The notes: a model not told the origin generated them from the sequence alone. A stretch of DNA of 20,000 bases from Catajapyx aquilonaris (GCA_000934665.2 KZ538504.1:45788-65787), one strand, 5' to 3'. Shown: positions 1-10,490, numbered from the stretch's first letter. Translations and numbers: made by a program.

Positions 1-268
1 CCCCGCCTGGGGAACTTTCCTTTCACCTGCGTCAGGAGGGTCTCTGACCTGCACCAAGGAGGTGTCTGGCAACCTAACCTCCTGGGGAACAGCACATGAC
101 CCCTTTACCGACATTGCACTTGCACCAATGTTCCCTCCCCAAAAATCCCTACCCCTACCCTACATCCTAGACTCCTTGCACCAGTGTATGAAGTTAAACG
201 GAGAGAAAATTGAGGTATCCCACCCCCCTAAAAAGGCTAAGCCTTATCACGGGGTTAAAAAAAAAAAA
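1..268 (+). mobile_element. SINE family A copy (5' end outside window), poly(A) tail
   Basis: Body closely matches the copies at 3895 and 10495; ends in TATCACGGGGTT followed by an A run. Confidence 0.85.
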
Positions 269-351
269 TCAAGATAACCCGGGTTAATCTTGGTACAAAC
301 TGGCATGGAATGACCGAATAACTAGCCAAACTCCAGCACAGCAAATGCTAA

Positions 352-393
352 TCAAGATTTATATGATTCCTTTTTTGCAAGCATTTTAAATAC
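352..393 (-). CDS. Candidate terminal coding exon of the AADAT-like gene
   Basis: ccttgtAG acceptor then phase-0 VFKMLAKKESYKS-stop. Length and the xF..LA pattern fit the C-terminal helix expected after DVDT, but the polypyrimidine tract is weak. Confidence 0.3.
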   Translation of the reverse strand, partial: VFKMLAKKESYKS

Positions 394-654
394 CTACAAG
401 GTTATTTTTTGAAAGAACATAGGGCAGCATGTCTCTGGATTTCCCGCTTGGCCGCGCGGTAGGCAGATGATCGCCAAGCTGTGCTAAGCGATGCTTGCCA
501 GCCCATAACTTCTCCAGTAAATCAGAGACAACCATGAAGTAAGATGAGTAGCCGGATGAATCACGGCCCTTCTCGAATCTGTCTACCAGGAGTGTGAGGT
601 ACTGAGGTAGCAGCAGCCGGGGGAGGCATTTGTACGTTGCTGAACTCAGCGAAT

Positions 655-2888
655 GCCGAATTTTAATATCAAGTTTTCAGACACTAGTTGATGATGGCCA
701 ATATTTTGAGTCACATATTGTTCACAAAAAGTATTATTTGATAAAATGATAAAATAAATGCTACTTGCACAATGTGGCAACAGTGCAAATGGAACCTTAC
801 ACTGTGCAATAGGGCGGCTCGAAAATCACTTTTTTTCGAAAGTTGTAGTTCGCTAGTGAAAAAAAAGTTGTGTTGGGCGATCCTTTTAACAGGTAAAAAA
901 TCTGAGTCATGTGGGTTAATATCCTACGGCTCCGCCAGGGGCGTAAGTGACGCAACTTCCGGTTTTTCGTTTTTTGGTGTGCGAGTACACTTACCCGGCC
1001 TAAACATGAAAAGTTGTGGCCCTTTGGGGGTGGGCCTTTGGGGGTGACATGTCGTTATTTTTGACATATCTTGCACCGTTGACGAGATATTGACCAAAAC
1101 CCCAGGTTCAAAAATTACACCGTTCTGCAAAAAAACACTCTCTTTCGCTCTTTTGAAAACATTTATGTGCTTTTTATGGATTTTGGGGTGCTGAATCCGA
1201 ATCCGGCAACAGATTTGCTGTATCACGTAAAGTTTTCGAGATATATCGTTTTAAACCTTTGGACGGTTTACTAGGGGTCTTTCCGAATCAAGTGGGCCTA
1301 AATGTGGCTAGACCGCCTTGGATCTTGCTGAAAATAATCACAGATGTACTCATCTATTCCCTAACGCTTCCTATAAAAATTCAGCCATATTGACTCAATA
1401 CTGTGATGAGGGGAAAATTCTCAAACATCTGGAAATGGCTGAGAATGCGGCCTTTTATGGAGAATTTTTTTTTCGGTTAGTGCAAGTGGTCAAACCCCAA
1501 TGAACATATATATCAAAAGAAAGGGAAACACGAGGACAATGCGCCTATGAAATTAGTATTCCTCTAAAATGTGAAAATAAATTTTTATAGCATTTCATTT
1601 GTCACTTGCTCAGTCACATGACCAAGAATATATTGTGACCTCAACAATATTATTATAATCGACTGTCCTTGGCCGACTCCCTCTCGTACCTTTTACACTT
1701 ATACAAAAACGTATATCACTGGTTCGGGCAGTCCTGCGGGAAAAACCCTTACGCAGTCCTGGATATACACTGCGACAACTGTGAAAAACAACAATTCTTG
1801 ATTTAAGTGTCGTATCTCTCAAAATTTGCGTTTTCTCAAATTATGTACGTGATAGAGCCATTCTGACTTCAGATCTGGATTCAGCACACCTTAATCTATA
1901 TAGTCCATCTACTTTTATCCAAAATAGGATTTTTCTGCAGAACATGTTGAGGTCACGATATATTCTTGGGCATGTGACTGAGCAAGTGACAAATGAAATT
2001 CTATAAAAATTTATTTTTACATCTTAGAGGAATACTAATTCCATAGGCGCATTGTCCTGGTGTTTCCCTTTCTTTTGATATATATGTTCATTGGGGTTTG
2101 ACCACTTGCACTAACCGAAAAAAAAAAATCTCCATAAAAGGCCGCATTCTCAGCCATTTCCAGATGTTTGCGAATTTTCCCCTCATCACAGTATTGAGCA
2201 ATATGGCTGAATTTTTATAGGAAGTGTTAGGGAATAGATGAGTACATCTGTGATTATTTTCAGCAAGATCCAAGGCGGTCTAGCCACATTTAGGCCCACT
2301 TGATTCGGAAAGACCCCTAGTAAACCGTCCAAAGGTTTAAAACGATATATCTCGAAAACTTTACGTGATACAGCAAATCTGTTGCCGGATTCGGATTCAG
2401 CACCCCAAAATCCATAAAAAGCACATAAATGTTTTCAAAAGAGCGAAAGAGAATGTTTTTTTGCAGAACGGTGTAATTTTTGAACCTGGGGTTTTGGTCA
2501 ATATCTCGTCAACGGTGCAAGATATGTCAAAAATAACGACATGTCACCCCCAAAGGGCCACAACTTTTCATGTTTAGGCCGGGTAAGTGTACTCGCACAC
2601 CAAAAAACGAAAAACCGGAAGTTGCGTCACTTACGCCCCTGGCGGAGCCGTAGGATATTAACCCACATGACTCAGATTTTTTACCTGTTAAAAGGATCGC
2701 CCAACACAACTTTTTTTCACTAGCGAACTACAACTTTCGAAAAAAAGTGATTTTCGAGCCGCCCTACTGTGCAATCATGCTTGCACGCAGTTAAAATTTT
2801 AACGAAAGTATCGTTCTTGAACAAGATGCGACTCAAATAATTGGCCATCATGAACTAGTGTCTGAAAAATTAATATTAAAATTTCAGC
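655..2888. mobile_element. Old MITE-like inverted repeat split by the hAT palindrome
   Basis: Diverged ~70-bp arms at 655-724 and 2818-2888 (TTTTCAGACACTAGTTGATGATGGCCAAT vs ATTGGCCATCATGAACTAGTGTCTGAAAA). True termini not resolved. Confidence 0.65.
810..2766. mobile_element. Non-autonomous hAT-superfamily foldback element with ~830-bp TIRs
   Basis: Termini TAGGGCGGCTCG...CGAGCCGCCCTA; 8-bp TSD CTGTGCAA at 802-809 and 2767-2774; arms 810-1646 and 1945-2766; 298-bp spacer; no transposase ORF. Confidence 0.92.
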
Positions 2889-3894
2889 AGCTTTTTTAGT
2901 GCCTACTGTGGCCATTCAAGTGCAAAAAAATTGCAACTTCTCGACATTTGAGCCCAGGTTTTCACTACTTACGGGACACATATTTAAAAACCGAATTTCA
3001 CTCTTTGATCTAATATTATCAGGAACAAGTTCCAATAAAAATTATTGGATTAACTTCAAAAATTATTGGATTAACTTCAAAATCAATCTTGGAAGGTTTC
3101 AACTTCCACTTTAGAATATGACACATGGGTCCCCCTATTTTTCCAGTGTTTGCGAACTTTTCCTGATTTTTAAAACAAGTTTTGAAATTCATTAATTTTT
3201 GCTTTGAAAATGGTAAATATTTGGAGAATCACCCATATACAGAATTTTGATATAATTTTATAATAGAACTCATGCTACTTTGTTACACAAAAATTAACGA
3301 TTAAATATATAAAACTACGTATGAGAGAAAAGATTTACTTGAAGTGTGAATTTTCTAGCACAATGACAAAAATTTGCATCTCACTTATAAAAAATATACA
3401 CTGGGTTTTGACACTACTTCATTTTATAACATGTCTGTCAGTGTAAAATAAAAATTAAAAAACAAAAAATTGTGTTTTTGAGAAAATGATTGAAATATGC
3501 ATGTTTTCGCTTGTTGCCATATTTTCACCTCGCATATCTTGACTACACGCAGAGCGAACAAAGGTGCTATATAATAACCTTTAGGGGGTCACCGAGTATA
3601 TATCACAAAATATAATCAGCACAACCGTCACATTTACCATAACAGTGTATTAAATTGCGAAATATGCGCATTTGACCAAAATATGCGTGATTGTTTTTTT
3701 TTTTAATGACTGTACCCTTAAATAAGGTATGTATTACACAACAGTGCATTATTCCAAAAGCATCAGTTTAAAATTTCATATTGGTTTTCAGAACAGTTCC
3801 GGAAATACAGGGTGAAGGGAAACTCGTGCCAAATCACCAGGTAGACTGGTAGTATTCGCAAAATATAGGGATGTGCAATTAGTTTTGGGCTCTT

Positions 3895-4077
3895 GGGGAG
3901 GTGCGGTGGCCCAGATGGTAATGTCTCGGCTTGCTGAGTGAAAGGTCCCAGGTTCGATCCCTGCCTGGGAGCTCCCTTTCGCCTGCGTCAGGAGGGTCTC
4001 TGACCTGCCCCTTGGAGGTGTCTGGCAACTTAACCTCCTGGGGAACAGCGCAAGACCCGTTTAACGACATTGCACTT
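3895..4077 (+). mobile_element. SINE family A copy, 3' part missing
   Basis: tRNA-like head with A box TGGCCCAGATGG and B box GGTTCGATCC (3951-3960); body matches the other A copies up to GACATTGCACTTG. Confidence 0.85.
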
Positions 4078-4375
4078 GTGCGCTCGCCTCCAGACCCAAA
4101 GTTGTGGGTTTGAACCTGGCTAAGGTCGGTGACTTTTCTCCGAGTGGTAGAAAAGTGAGAGTGAGCCTTCCTTCGGAGTGGAAGTAAAGCCGTCGGTCCC
4201 GTGTGCTTGTGACATTGCGTGAGTGCACGTTAAAGATCCCCGAGTGGCCAAATTTCCAGGAGGAGGACCACCTCCTGGCGTCGGTGTTGAGCCTTAGCAG
4301 CAGAAATAGGCCGACGGTAAGCCCCACTTTCGCCGTGTATGAATAGTTGAGGTGGGGAGGGAGGAGTGGTAGGTA
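4078..4375 (+). mobile_element. tRNA-derived SINE with a Meta-domain-like core, lacking its A box
   Basis: Partial head with B-box-like GGTTTGAACC, then GTAAAGCCGTCGGTCCCGTGT...GCACGTTAAAGATCCCC, which resembles the MetaSINE domain (from memory). 3' end approximate. Confidence 0.65.
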
Positions 4376-4429
4376 TTCAAAAAGAGGCATCATCAACTTT
4401 TGGGGGGCCCACCTTTTATATTCCCATCT

Positions 4430-4610
4430 TTATTCATTGATTGCGCTGTGATGGCTTTTGATTGTGGGAGGAAACGAAAGAACCCAAGAAAACCCACGTG
4501 AACAAGAAGAGAAAACATCATAATTCTTGACACATAAAAAATTCCTCTGTCCAACCTGGGGATTTAAGTTGACATGGAAGGCTGGAACACTACACAACCC
4601 TATCACCCAG
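4430..4610 (-). mobile_element. Decayed SINE with a V-domain-like core
   Basis: Minus strand reads GTGGGTTTTCTTGGGTTCTTTCGTTTCCTCCCACAATCAAAAG, similar to the V-SINE core; the head is degenerate. Confidence 0.5.
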
Positions 4611-5208
4611 TACAAGTGAAATTACTAGCCATATAATTTATATCTAGGGTGCCCTGGATAATCATGATTAAATTATAATGATATGGATGTTTTAATTTCA
4701 AATGTAGCCCTTCTGTTTCAAAATATTCAGGTAGGTAGCCAGTGTATCTCTGCTCTCAAAGAGCAGTTCCCACAATTTCTCTTATTTTGGTTCATGTTTA
4801 TCCACAGTGCCAAAAAAATGTTGAAAATGCCACAAGCAGATAAGACTGAAGGTCCATCAGGTGGGAGGTCCTGACACAATGGCTCTTCATGTCTGGGCTA
4901 AAAAGGAAACACCTAGGTTCTTTGATATTATTGGCCATGTCATCAGTCATTTCCCACAAATTAATGTGTGCCCTGTGATGGCATTGGCAAAAGGGATTAA
5001 AATGGCCACAGAGAATATTATGAACCTTCAGTAAATTGTAAGAAGGTGTCAGAAGAAAATAAGATACAATAATCACCTGGAGTACATGGCTTACCAAGCA
5101 GTGAGTTTAGCAATGATTTGTTTACCTCCACTGCAGCAGCTAGCCTCTGAGTTTAGTAATAGCCTCAAATATAAAACATATTTAAAGGCATAATATCAAT
5201 AATTAATG

Positions 5209-5904
5209 CCGTATTAGCTCACATAAAGCGGTATGCCAGTGTAGCCGAGGTTGACCAGTTTTTAGAAATGCACAATCTGGTGGCTATACCGGCATGCCAG
5301 TATAGGGCGAGATATGCGGTATAAGGCGAGGTTTTCACATAAGTTACATTAAGCTGGGTTCACACTAGCTGACGGTAGCAAACGAAACGAACGAAACGGT
5401 ACCGTGTACCAATCGGAGCTACCCACATTCCCTTCCGTTTCCACCAATGGGAGAGGCAGGAAAGCGGCGGGGTCCTTCATCTCGCTAGCCACCACCCCGG
5501 CTGGCTTTCTGGCCTCCCCATAGGTGGATATGAAAGCAATGGACCAGACTACATTAAAAAGTTCCATAAAGGTTATCAAAAAGGCACATTTTCCGAATAG
5601 ATTGTTTTCAATTGCAGTGTCTGGCAATAATCTCTATTTAAAAGAAGGCTGACAATGGGATTGGTCACACAATCTACATTTTTTAATATGCACTGTGCAA
5701 CAGAACTTGCATATTCTCACAGCCTGTACACTCGCCCATTTTCATTGTAACATAATTTCAGTAGCATTCCATTTAAAAATGACAACGATCAAAATTACAG
5801 AAATCTACCTCGGTTATTGCGGCATGCTGGCCACCCCGGGTTATACCGGCATTCTGGTCGACCTCATTTTATACTGGCATGCCGCTTTATGTGAAGTAAT
5901 ACAG
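5209..5904. mobile_element. Tc1/mariner (pogo/Tigger-like) MITE
   Basis: ~48-bp imperfect TIRs CCGTATTAGCTCACATAAAGCGGTATGCCAGT / ACTGGCATGCCGCTTTATGTGAAGTAATACAG; TA on the right flank; subterminal GCATGCC repeats. Confidence 0.75.
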
Positions 5905-6176
5905 TATATTAAGGAACATTCCAAACTCACCAGCATGTCATATGTATGATTTGCATGATCATAGTGGGCTCAAAGACACTTCATCTGCCAATCTGTCTAT
6001 AACTTATTATCGTCACATTTGTGTGTGGAAAACAATGTACGGGATAAAGATTCCCCCTGTGAGGTGGCTTTGTACGAGCATACCATATTTGATTGTTTTA
6101 AATCAGGAAAATGGCCCTAGTGAAATAAATGTGAGCTTAGTGAACTAATGTACTCACACACATTACCTTCAAATCA

Positions 6177-6251
6177 GCTGTCCCAAGGGAAAAAAGCCCT
6201 TTTGCCCTCACCGGTTTTGTAGATAATATAAGGCTTTTTCCTTGGGACAGC
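6177..6251. repeat. Short inverted repeat / mini-MITE
   Basis: Arms GCTGTCCCAAGGGAAAAAAGCC and GGCTTTTTCCTTGGGACAGC around a ~30-nt spacer. Confidence 0.7.
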
Positions 6252-6446
6252 AGAAATGTTTTGCGTTAGTGGCATGAAGACTCTATCATGTTGTCTCCAC
6301 AAGTGATTACAAAATCCATTAACATGGAAGATACTCAACCATAGAATGTGATTTATTGCACAAAGTTTGGGAGTGGCCTCTTCAATTCAATTATTATTAA
6401 ACTTAAGAAGTGTTATGAAAATGTAATTTGAAAGTATGGTACTTAC

Positions 6447-6655
6447 AGTGTCGACATCTTGTGCAGAAGCAAAGGAATAGGATGCCCTCAGATATGATGA
6501 TGGCTGTGTTCTGTCTGGTTGAAATGCGCAACCAGGAGCTAGCATAACTTTCTTCTTTGGACCTTTTTCCAAGATCATTTTGGTGGTGTCAGCTACACCA
6601 TTCACCTTCATCCACAAAAACATGCCTCCATGTGGAACATTCCACTCAGCCAAGC
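6447..6655 (-). CDS. AADAT: AADAT-like internal (likely penultimate) exon
   Basis: cacAG acceptor in a compatible phase (G|GC) and GTAAGT donor. 209 nt, LAEWNVPHGGMFLWMKV...VMLAPGCAF...SSYLRASYSFASAQDVDT, with GGMFLW and the substrate-binding Arg in LRAS. Confidence 0.92.
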
Positions 6656-7362
6656 CTGTGGTATGAGATAATATTTTATTTCACACTACAGGTTTTAAAA
6701 ATCCAATAACAAGACAGTATGGTTCTAACTAGCCTAATCCCAGCAAAAAAAAACATTAACTTATATCTACAACCTACAAAATTATTCAATGCATATGTAT
6801 TTTAAACTTCAGTTGCAAAAGAAAATCCACGTACTAATGGCATATGGAGTACAGTGTACAAGAGTTATTAGCTCTTGACTCAAGTTAATATTTTATTCAA
6901 GCTTCAGTAACATACTTTTGCAGTGATGTTAATGTTAATTCTTTCATACTGCATAGTCCCTTGGAAGATATCAGGTTTATAGTGCAAGTAATTATGGTAC
7001 CTACCGTCCTACCCTCAACTCTTGTTCTGTTAAATGTCACTAGTATAAAAGTATTATCCAAATTAACCTTCTCTTGGGAAGGTGATTAATTAAGGGGGGG
7101 ATAAAGATAATTGGGGAGTAAAAATCTCGCTAACTAACAACAGCAGAACCGATTATTTTTTTTGTGGAAGTGTAACTGACCTCTCTCTTACACATGTGTG
7201 AGGTACTTTTCCCATATTCTTAATATAGTATTTCAAAAAGTCATTTGCATATGAGAGTAATTTATGCCGTTGTGAAATTTTAAGTGATGTCGTGACAACC
7301 ACTCAAAAATCCGCAAAAAATTGGTGCTTCTGACCCGTGAAGCCGATTTTTATGTTTAGCTA

Positions 7363-7874
7363 TATCCTCCTCAGACCCCCTGTATTGCAGGCCGTGATTG
7401 CAGGCAATACAAAATTTCAAGTTCGTTTTGCGTGGGCGTGATGGCAGTCAGAAGCTCCACTTTAGAGATGGAGGGGTCTCTGGCATCTGCCCTCTTTAGT
7501 AAGAAAATGCATCAACTTGTGGCACTAGCAATGACTGCTATTGCCTAGATCAAAGATGGCGGCGCGCGGGTAATTTGAAAGTCGTGCCCAGGGAAATATT
7601 AAAATTCATAGATCATGGATGTGTTTTTTTGGAAATCTTACTAGACGTATTTATGTGGTATAACTCAGGGAAGAAAATGTTGTGGTTGCAAGTCTGATAG
7701 TGTTTGTAACTGTGCAACTACAGCTACAGGTAAAGTTCAAGTATTACATGCAATACTTTGGGTCTAAATGCTAGTGTTACAGTGCCAGACCATAACAAAA
7801 ACATTATTTACGTGAGCCCAAATATGTTCTTAACATGTATGTTGAATAAAACTCTTTCAGGTCTGAGGAGGATA
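7363..7874. mobile_element. MITE with perfect 15-bp TIRs, family uncertain (possibly piggyBac-related)
   Basis: TATCCTCCTCAGACC (7363-7377) and GGTCTGAGGAGGATA (7860-7874); no clean TTAA target. Confidence 0.55.
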
Positions 7875-8208
7875 ACCTTTCGGCAAATAATAATTTTGTC
7901 AAAATTTGACTGATTTGAGAACTACTAGAAGTTGGGGGAACCCTAATTTTCACGGTTTTTAATGTGCCTAGAGGGAATGGTCAACCGCAAACGCGACCCT
8001 TCTTTTGTGTAGCGAGGGTGGGATCGAGTGTCTCCTCTTTCGGCCAGAGTGGGAACTTGAAAAGGTCCAGATTTTCTATACCACCGCCTTAAGTGGGTTA
8101 GTAGGTGTTGTAGTACGATTAGCACATAACAGTAGGTAGTAAGGTTGTATTTCAATTAGACCAAACTTGGAAAGGTACTGTAGCCATGCAATGGTAATGC
8201 TTGAGAAA

Positions 8209-9363
8209 CAGTGATGGGGAGTATCTAGATACAAGTATCTAGATACCGTATCTAGATACCAAAATGGGTATCTTTCATCTTATCTAGATAATTTGAAGTT
8301 TGTGTATCTATACTTGTATCTAGCTACTTTACACGTAGCATCTGATGGCATCACCAGATACTTTTCCAGATACTTTTCCAGATACTTTTTAGGCGATTTT
8401 TCTGATGAAAACATGATTCCCCTACACAGAAATAAATGCAGTAATGCACCGTTCCGCACTGGGGGTCAAATTTACACTCCAAGGCGGAACAGATTGTGTG
8501 ATGAGCATTTTGAGGCCCTTCTCATAATGAAGACGTGTTGTATGCATGATATTGCTTAATGGTGCTGGTGGAATCATCCCTTAGCTATAGTTAGCTTCTG
8601 GCTTTTGTCTGTGAGCACTGCTCAGTGCTCACAGACAATATTACTGTACAAAGGTTTAATTTTTCATTACCAGACTGAATAATAAAACATTGTAAAATTG
8701 ATAGCACTCATAGCAGTAGATTGCAGAGTAGCTTATTATACTACAGTGCCAAACGAATAAACTATTTAACTTTACATAATTATATGTTTCAATCCACAGT
8801 GAACCAGAGTATAATATGTTATTGAGCAGAGTTATTCCCAAACTGTGCTCCGCGGAGCACTTGGTGCTCCGTGAAGCTTCTCCAAGTGCTCCGCGAAGAG
8901 GTTGGGAAAAAAATAAGCTATATCCATTCAAATCTCCCAGTAGCTTGTGTGACCTTGAACCAAAAAAATTTTCGCCTGCGGCGCCCTTTCGCCACTAACC
9001 TTCCCATTTACTTATTTGGCGCTGCCCCCACCCCCCTCCGCCCCCCAAAAAATTTCTGCTTACGCAGTTCGATGATGTTAGTGCTCCGTCACAAATATCT
9101 CTCCTGAAAAGTGCTCCGTGATTCAAAAAGTTTGGGAACCTCTGTTATTGAGGATGACAAATAAGTCAAAAGAAATATATTCGCTCGTGCCTGCGAGTCA
9201 GTATATCGTATATGGAGTTGTATGGAAGGTATCTGAAATTGTATCTTATCTATTATCTAGATACAATGTTGAACGAGTATCTAGTACAGTATCTAGATGG
9301 AAATATTTCCAAGTATCTATTATCTGATCTAGATACTTTTTGAAAGTATCTTCCCCATCACTG
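8209..9363. mobile_element. hAT MITE with GTATCTAGATAC subterminal repeats
   Basis: TIRs CAGTGATGGGGA / TCCCCATCACTG; 8-bp TSD TTGAGAAA (8201-8208, 9364-9371); many GTATCT/AGATAC motifs at both ends. Confidence 0.92.
8827..9144. mobile_element. hAT (Charlie-like) MITE nested in the previous element
   Basis: TIRs CAGAGTTATTCCCAAACT / AGTTTGGGAACCTCTG; 8-bp TSD TTATTGAG (8819-8826, 9145-9152); GTGCTCCG subterminal repeats. Confidence 0.9.
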
Positions 9364-9471
9364 TTGAGAAAGGTCCCGGGTTCGAGCCCAAGCCTGGATT
9401 TCCCTTTCTTATCTTATGCAGAGTTTAAGGCTCTCTCTGGCTTAATCTTGAGTGGGATTCCACTAGGTTAA

Positions 9472-9752
9472 CCCTGGAACCGTGCCGTACCTGAAAGTTA
9501 TGGCAACCGTGCCGTGGGGTCTTTTCGGACCCCATCCATATTTTAATTTTTATTAATTTTTATATAATACTTTTCAATGTATTGACTATATGCAATCATT
9601 CTTTGAACTATGACTAAAATAATCGCTAATTAAAAATAAATATGCACTTCCTGTTATACTGTAAAAAAATTGGCAAAAGTTCATTGTAATCATCATTTTA
9701 ATCCATTTTAATTCCTTGGGGTCCAAAAAGACCCCACGGCATGGTTCCAGGG
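9472..9752. mobile_element. piggyBac-type MITE
   Basis: TTAA|CCCTGGAACCGTGCCGT ... ACGGCATGGTTCCAGGG|TTAA, with internal GGGGTC-N7-GACCCC palindromes at both ends. Confidence 0.92.
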
Positions 9753-9876
9753 TTAACAACCCAGGGGAACTCACTAAAAGGCCAGTGTCAACATTGCACT
9801 TGGACCTGCATCTCCCCTCCCACCATTCTCCCTGCTCATGGGCCTGGGCATGATGCAATAAGGTTCCAAATGTGTA

Positions 9877-10086
9877 CTATCGGACGCAAAAAGAATGTCC
9901 GGGGAGAGTCTTCGTTCAGCCTGGTGGAGGCAAACCATTGCACAGATGTGTACACACACACTTGTGTGTACGTCCGTGCTTATCTGCTGAGCTTTTTCCC
10001 TCCTCCCTTAGCTACCCAGGTGCAATGGTTTGCCTCCACCAGGCTGAACGAAGACTCTCCCCGGACATTCTTTTTGCGTGCCTATG
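9877..10086. mobile_element. TA-flanked MITE (Tc1/mariner-type target) with perfect 60-bp inverted repeats
   Basis: 9884-9943 is the exact reverse complement of 10020-10079; each arm lies 7 nt inside a flanking TA (9875-9876, 10087-10088). Confidence 0.75.
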
Positions 10087-10425
10087 TACATCAGCTCCCT
10101 GGAACTCCCAGCCTAGCCTTAATATGGAGATGGTAGGGAACTTGAGAGAGCTTCCGGCACCCAAGATTTGGTGCTGCCGCAGCTCCACAGTCATCGATAT
10201 GGTTCGGGCACACTCTTCAACCAACCTAAACCATCCTTTCCCCTGGAGATGGATCCAGAGCACATTCGCAGACTCGCTCGCCAGCCACCCAAACTACCTC
10301 AATGACTATGGAGTGCCAGCATCGCCAAATCTGAGGTGGCGGAGACTCTCTAAGTTCCCTTCCATATCATAGGAGTTTCAGGGGCTGGTGCACATCAATA
10401 CACGTCCATATGATACACTGCCTGA

Positions 10426-10489
<64 letters not shown>
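10426..10489. repeat. (ATT)n microsatellite
   Basis: Pure trinucleotide run; tail of the fragmented SINE-B copy. Confidence 0.97.

Positions 10490-10490
<1 letters not shown>

Larger units (their letters stand above)
8170..10480 (+). mobile_element. SINE family B copy fragmented by nested insertions, (ATT)n tail
   Basis: Fragments ~8170-8208 (A-box-like), 9372-9471 (B box GGTTCGAGCC), 9757-9876 and 10089-10480 join across the TSDs and align with the reverse complement of 12543-12949, apart from an extra long hairpin. Confidence 0.7.

Noticed and set aside
772..2723. Paired ORFs with near-identical translations (MIQQICC.., MDLAENN..)
   Set aside because: Mirror images produced by the palindromic hAT element; no recognisable domain.
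3037..3078. 21-bp tandem duplication AAAAATTATTGGATTAACTTC x2
   Set aside because: Real but an ordinary slippage duplication.
5352..5470. PIF/Harbinger-like end AGCTGGGTTCACACT
   Set aside because: Only one terminus visible; no partner TIR or TSD.
5921..6000. Alternative last exon (IDRLADEVSLSPL-stop) with a nearby GTGAGT on the minus strand
   Set aside because: No AG acceptor in the phase required to join the 6447 donor.
7945..8100. Possible decayed minus-strand Meta-like SINE (GGCACATTAAAAACC)
   Set aside because: Similarity too short and degenerate to support.
9872..10372. 166-aa ORF, the longest in the window
   Set aside because: Spans a MITE and the GC-rich hairpin; no recognisable motif.
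9877..10425. Hammerhead or HDV-like ribozyme (viroid/retrozyme interpretation of the rod)
   Set aside because: No CUGANGA...GAAA core or HDV pseudoknot found by eye on either strand. CTGATGA hits elsewhere (8402; minus strand ~4941 and ~12431) lack the paired GAAAC. An Infernal scan would be decisive.
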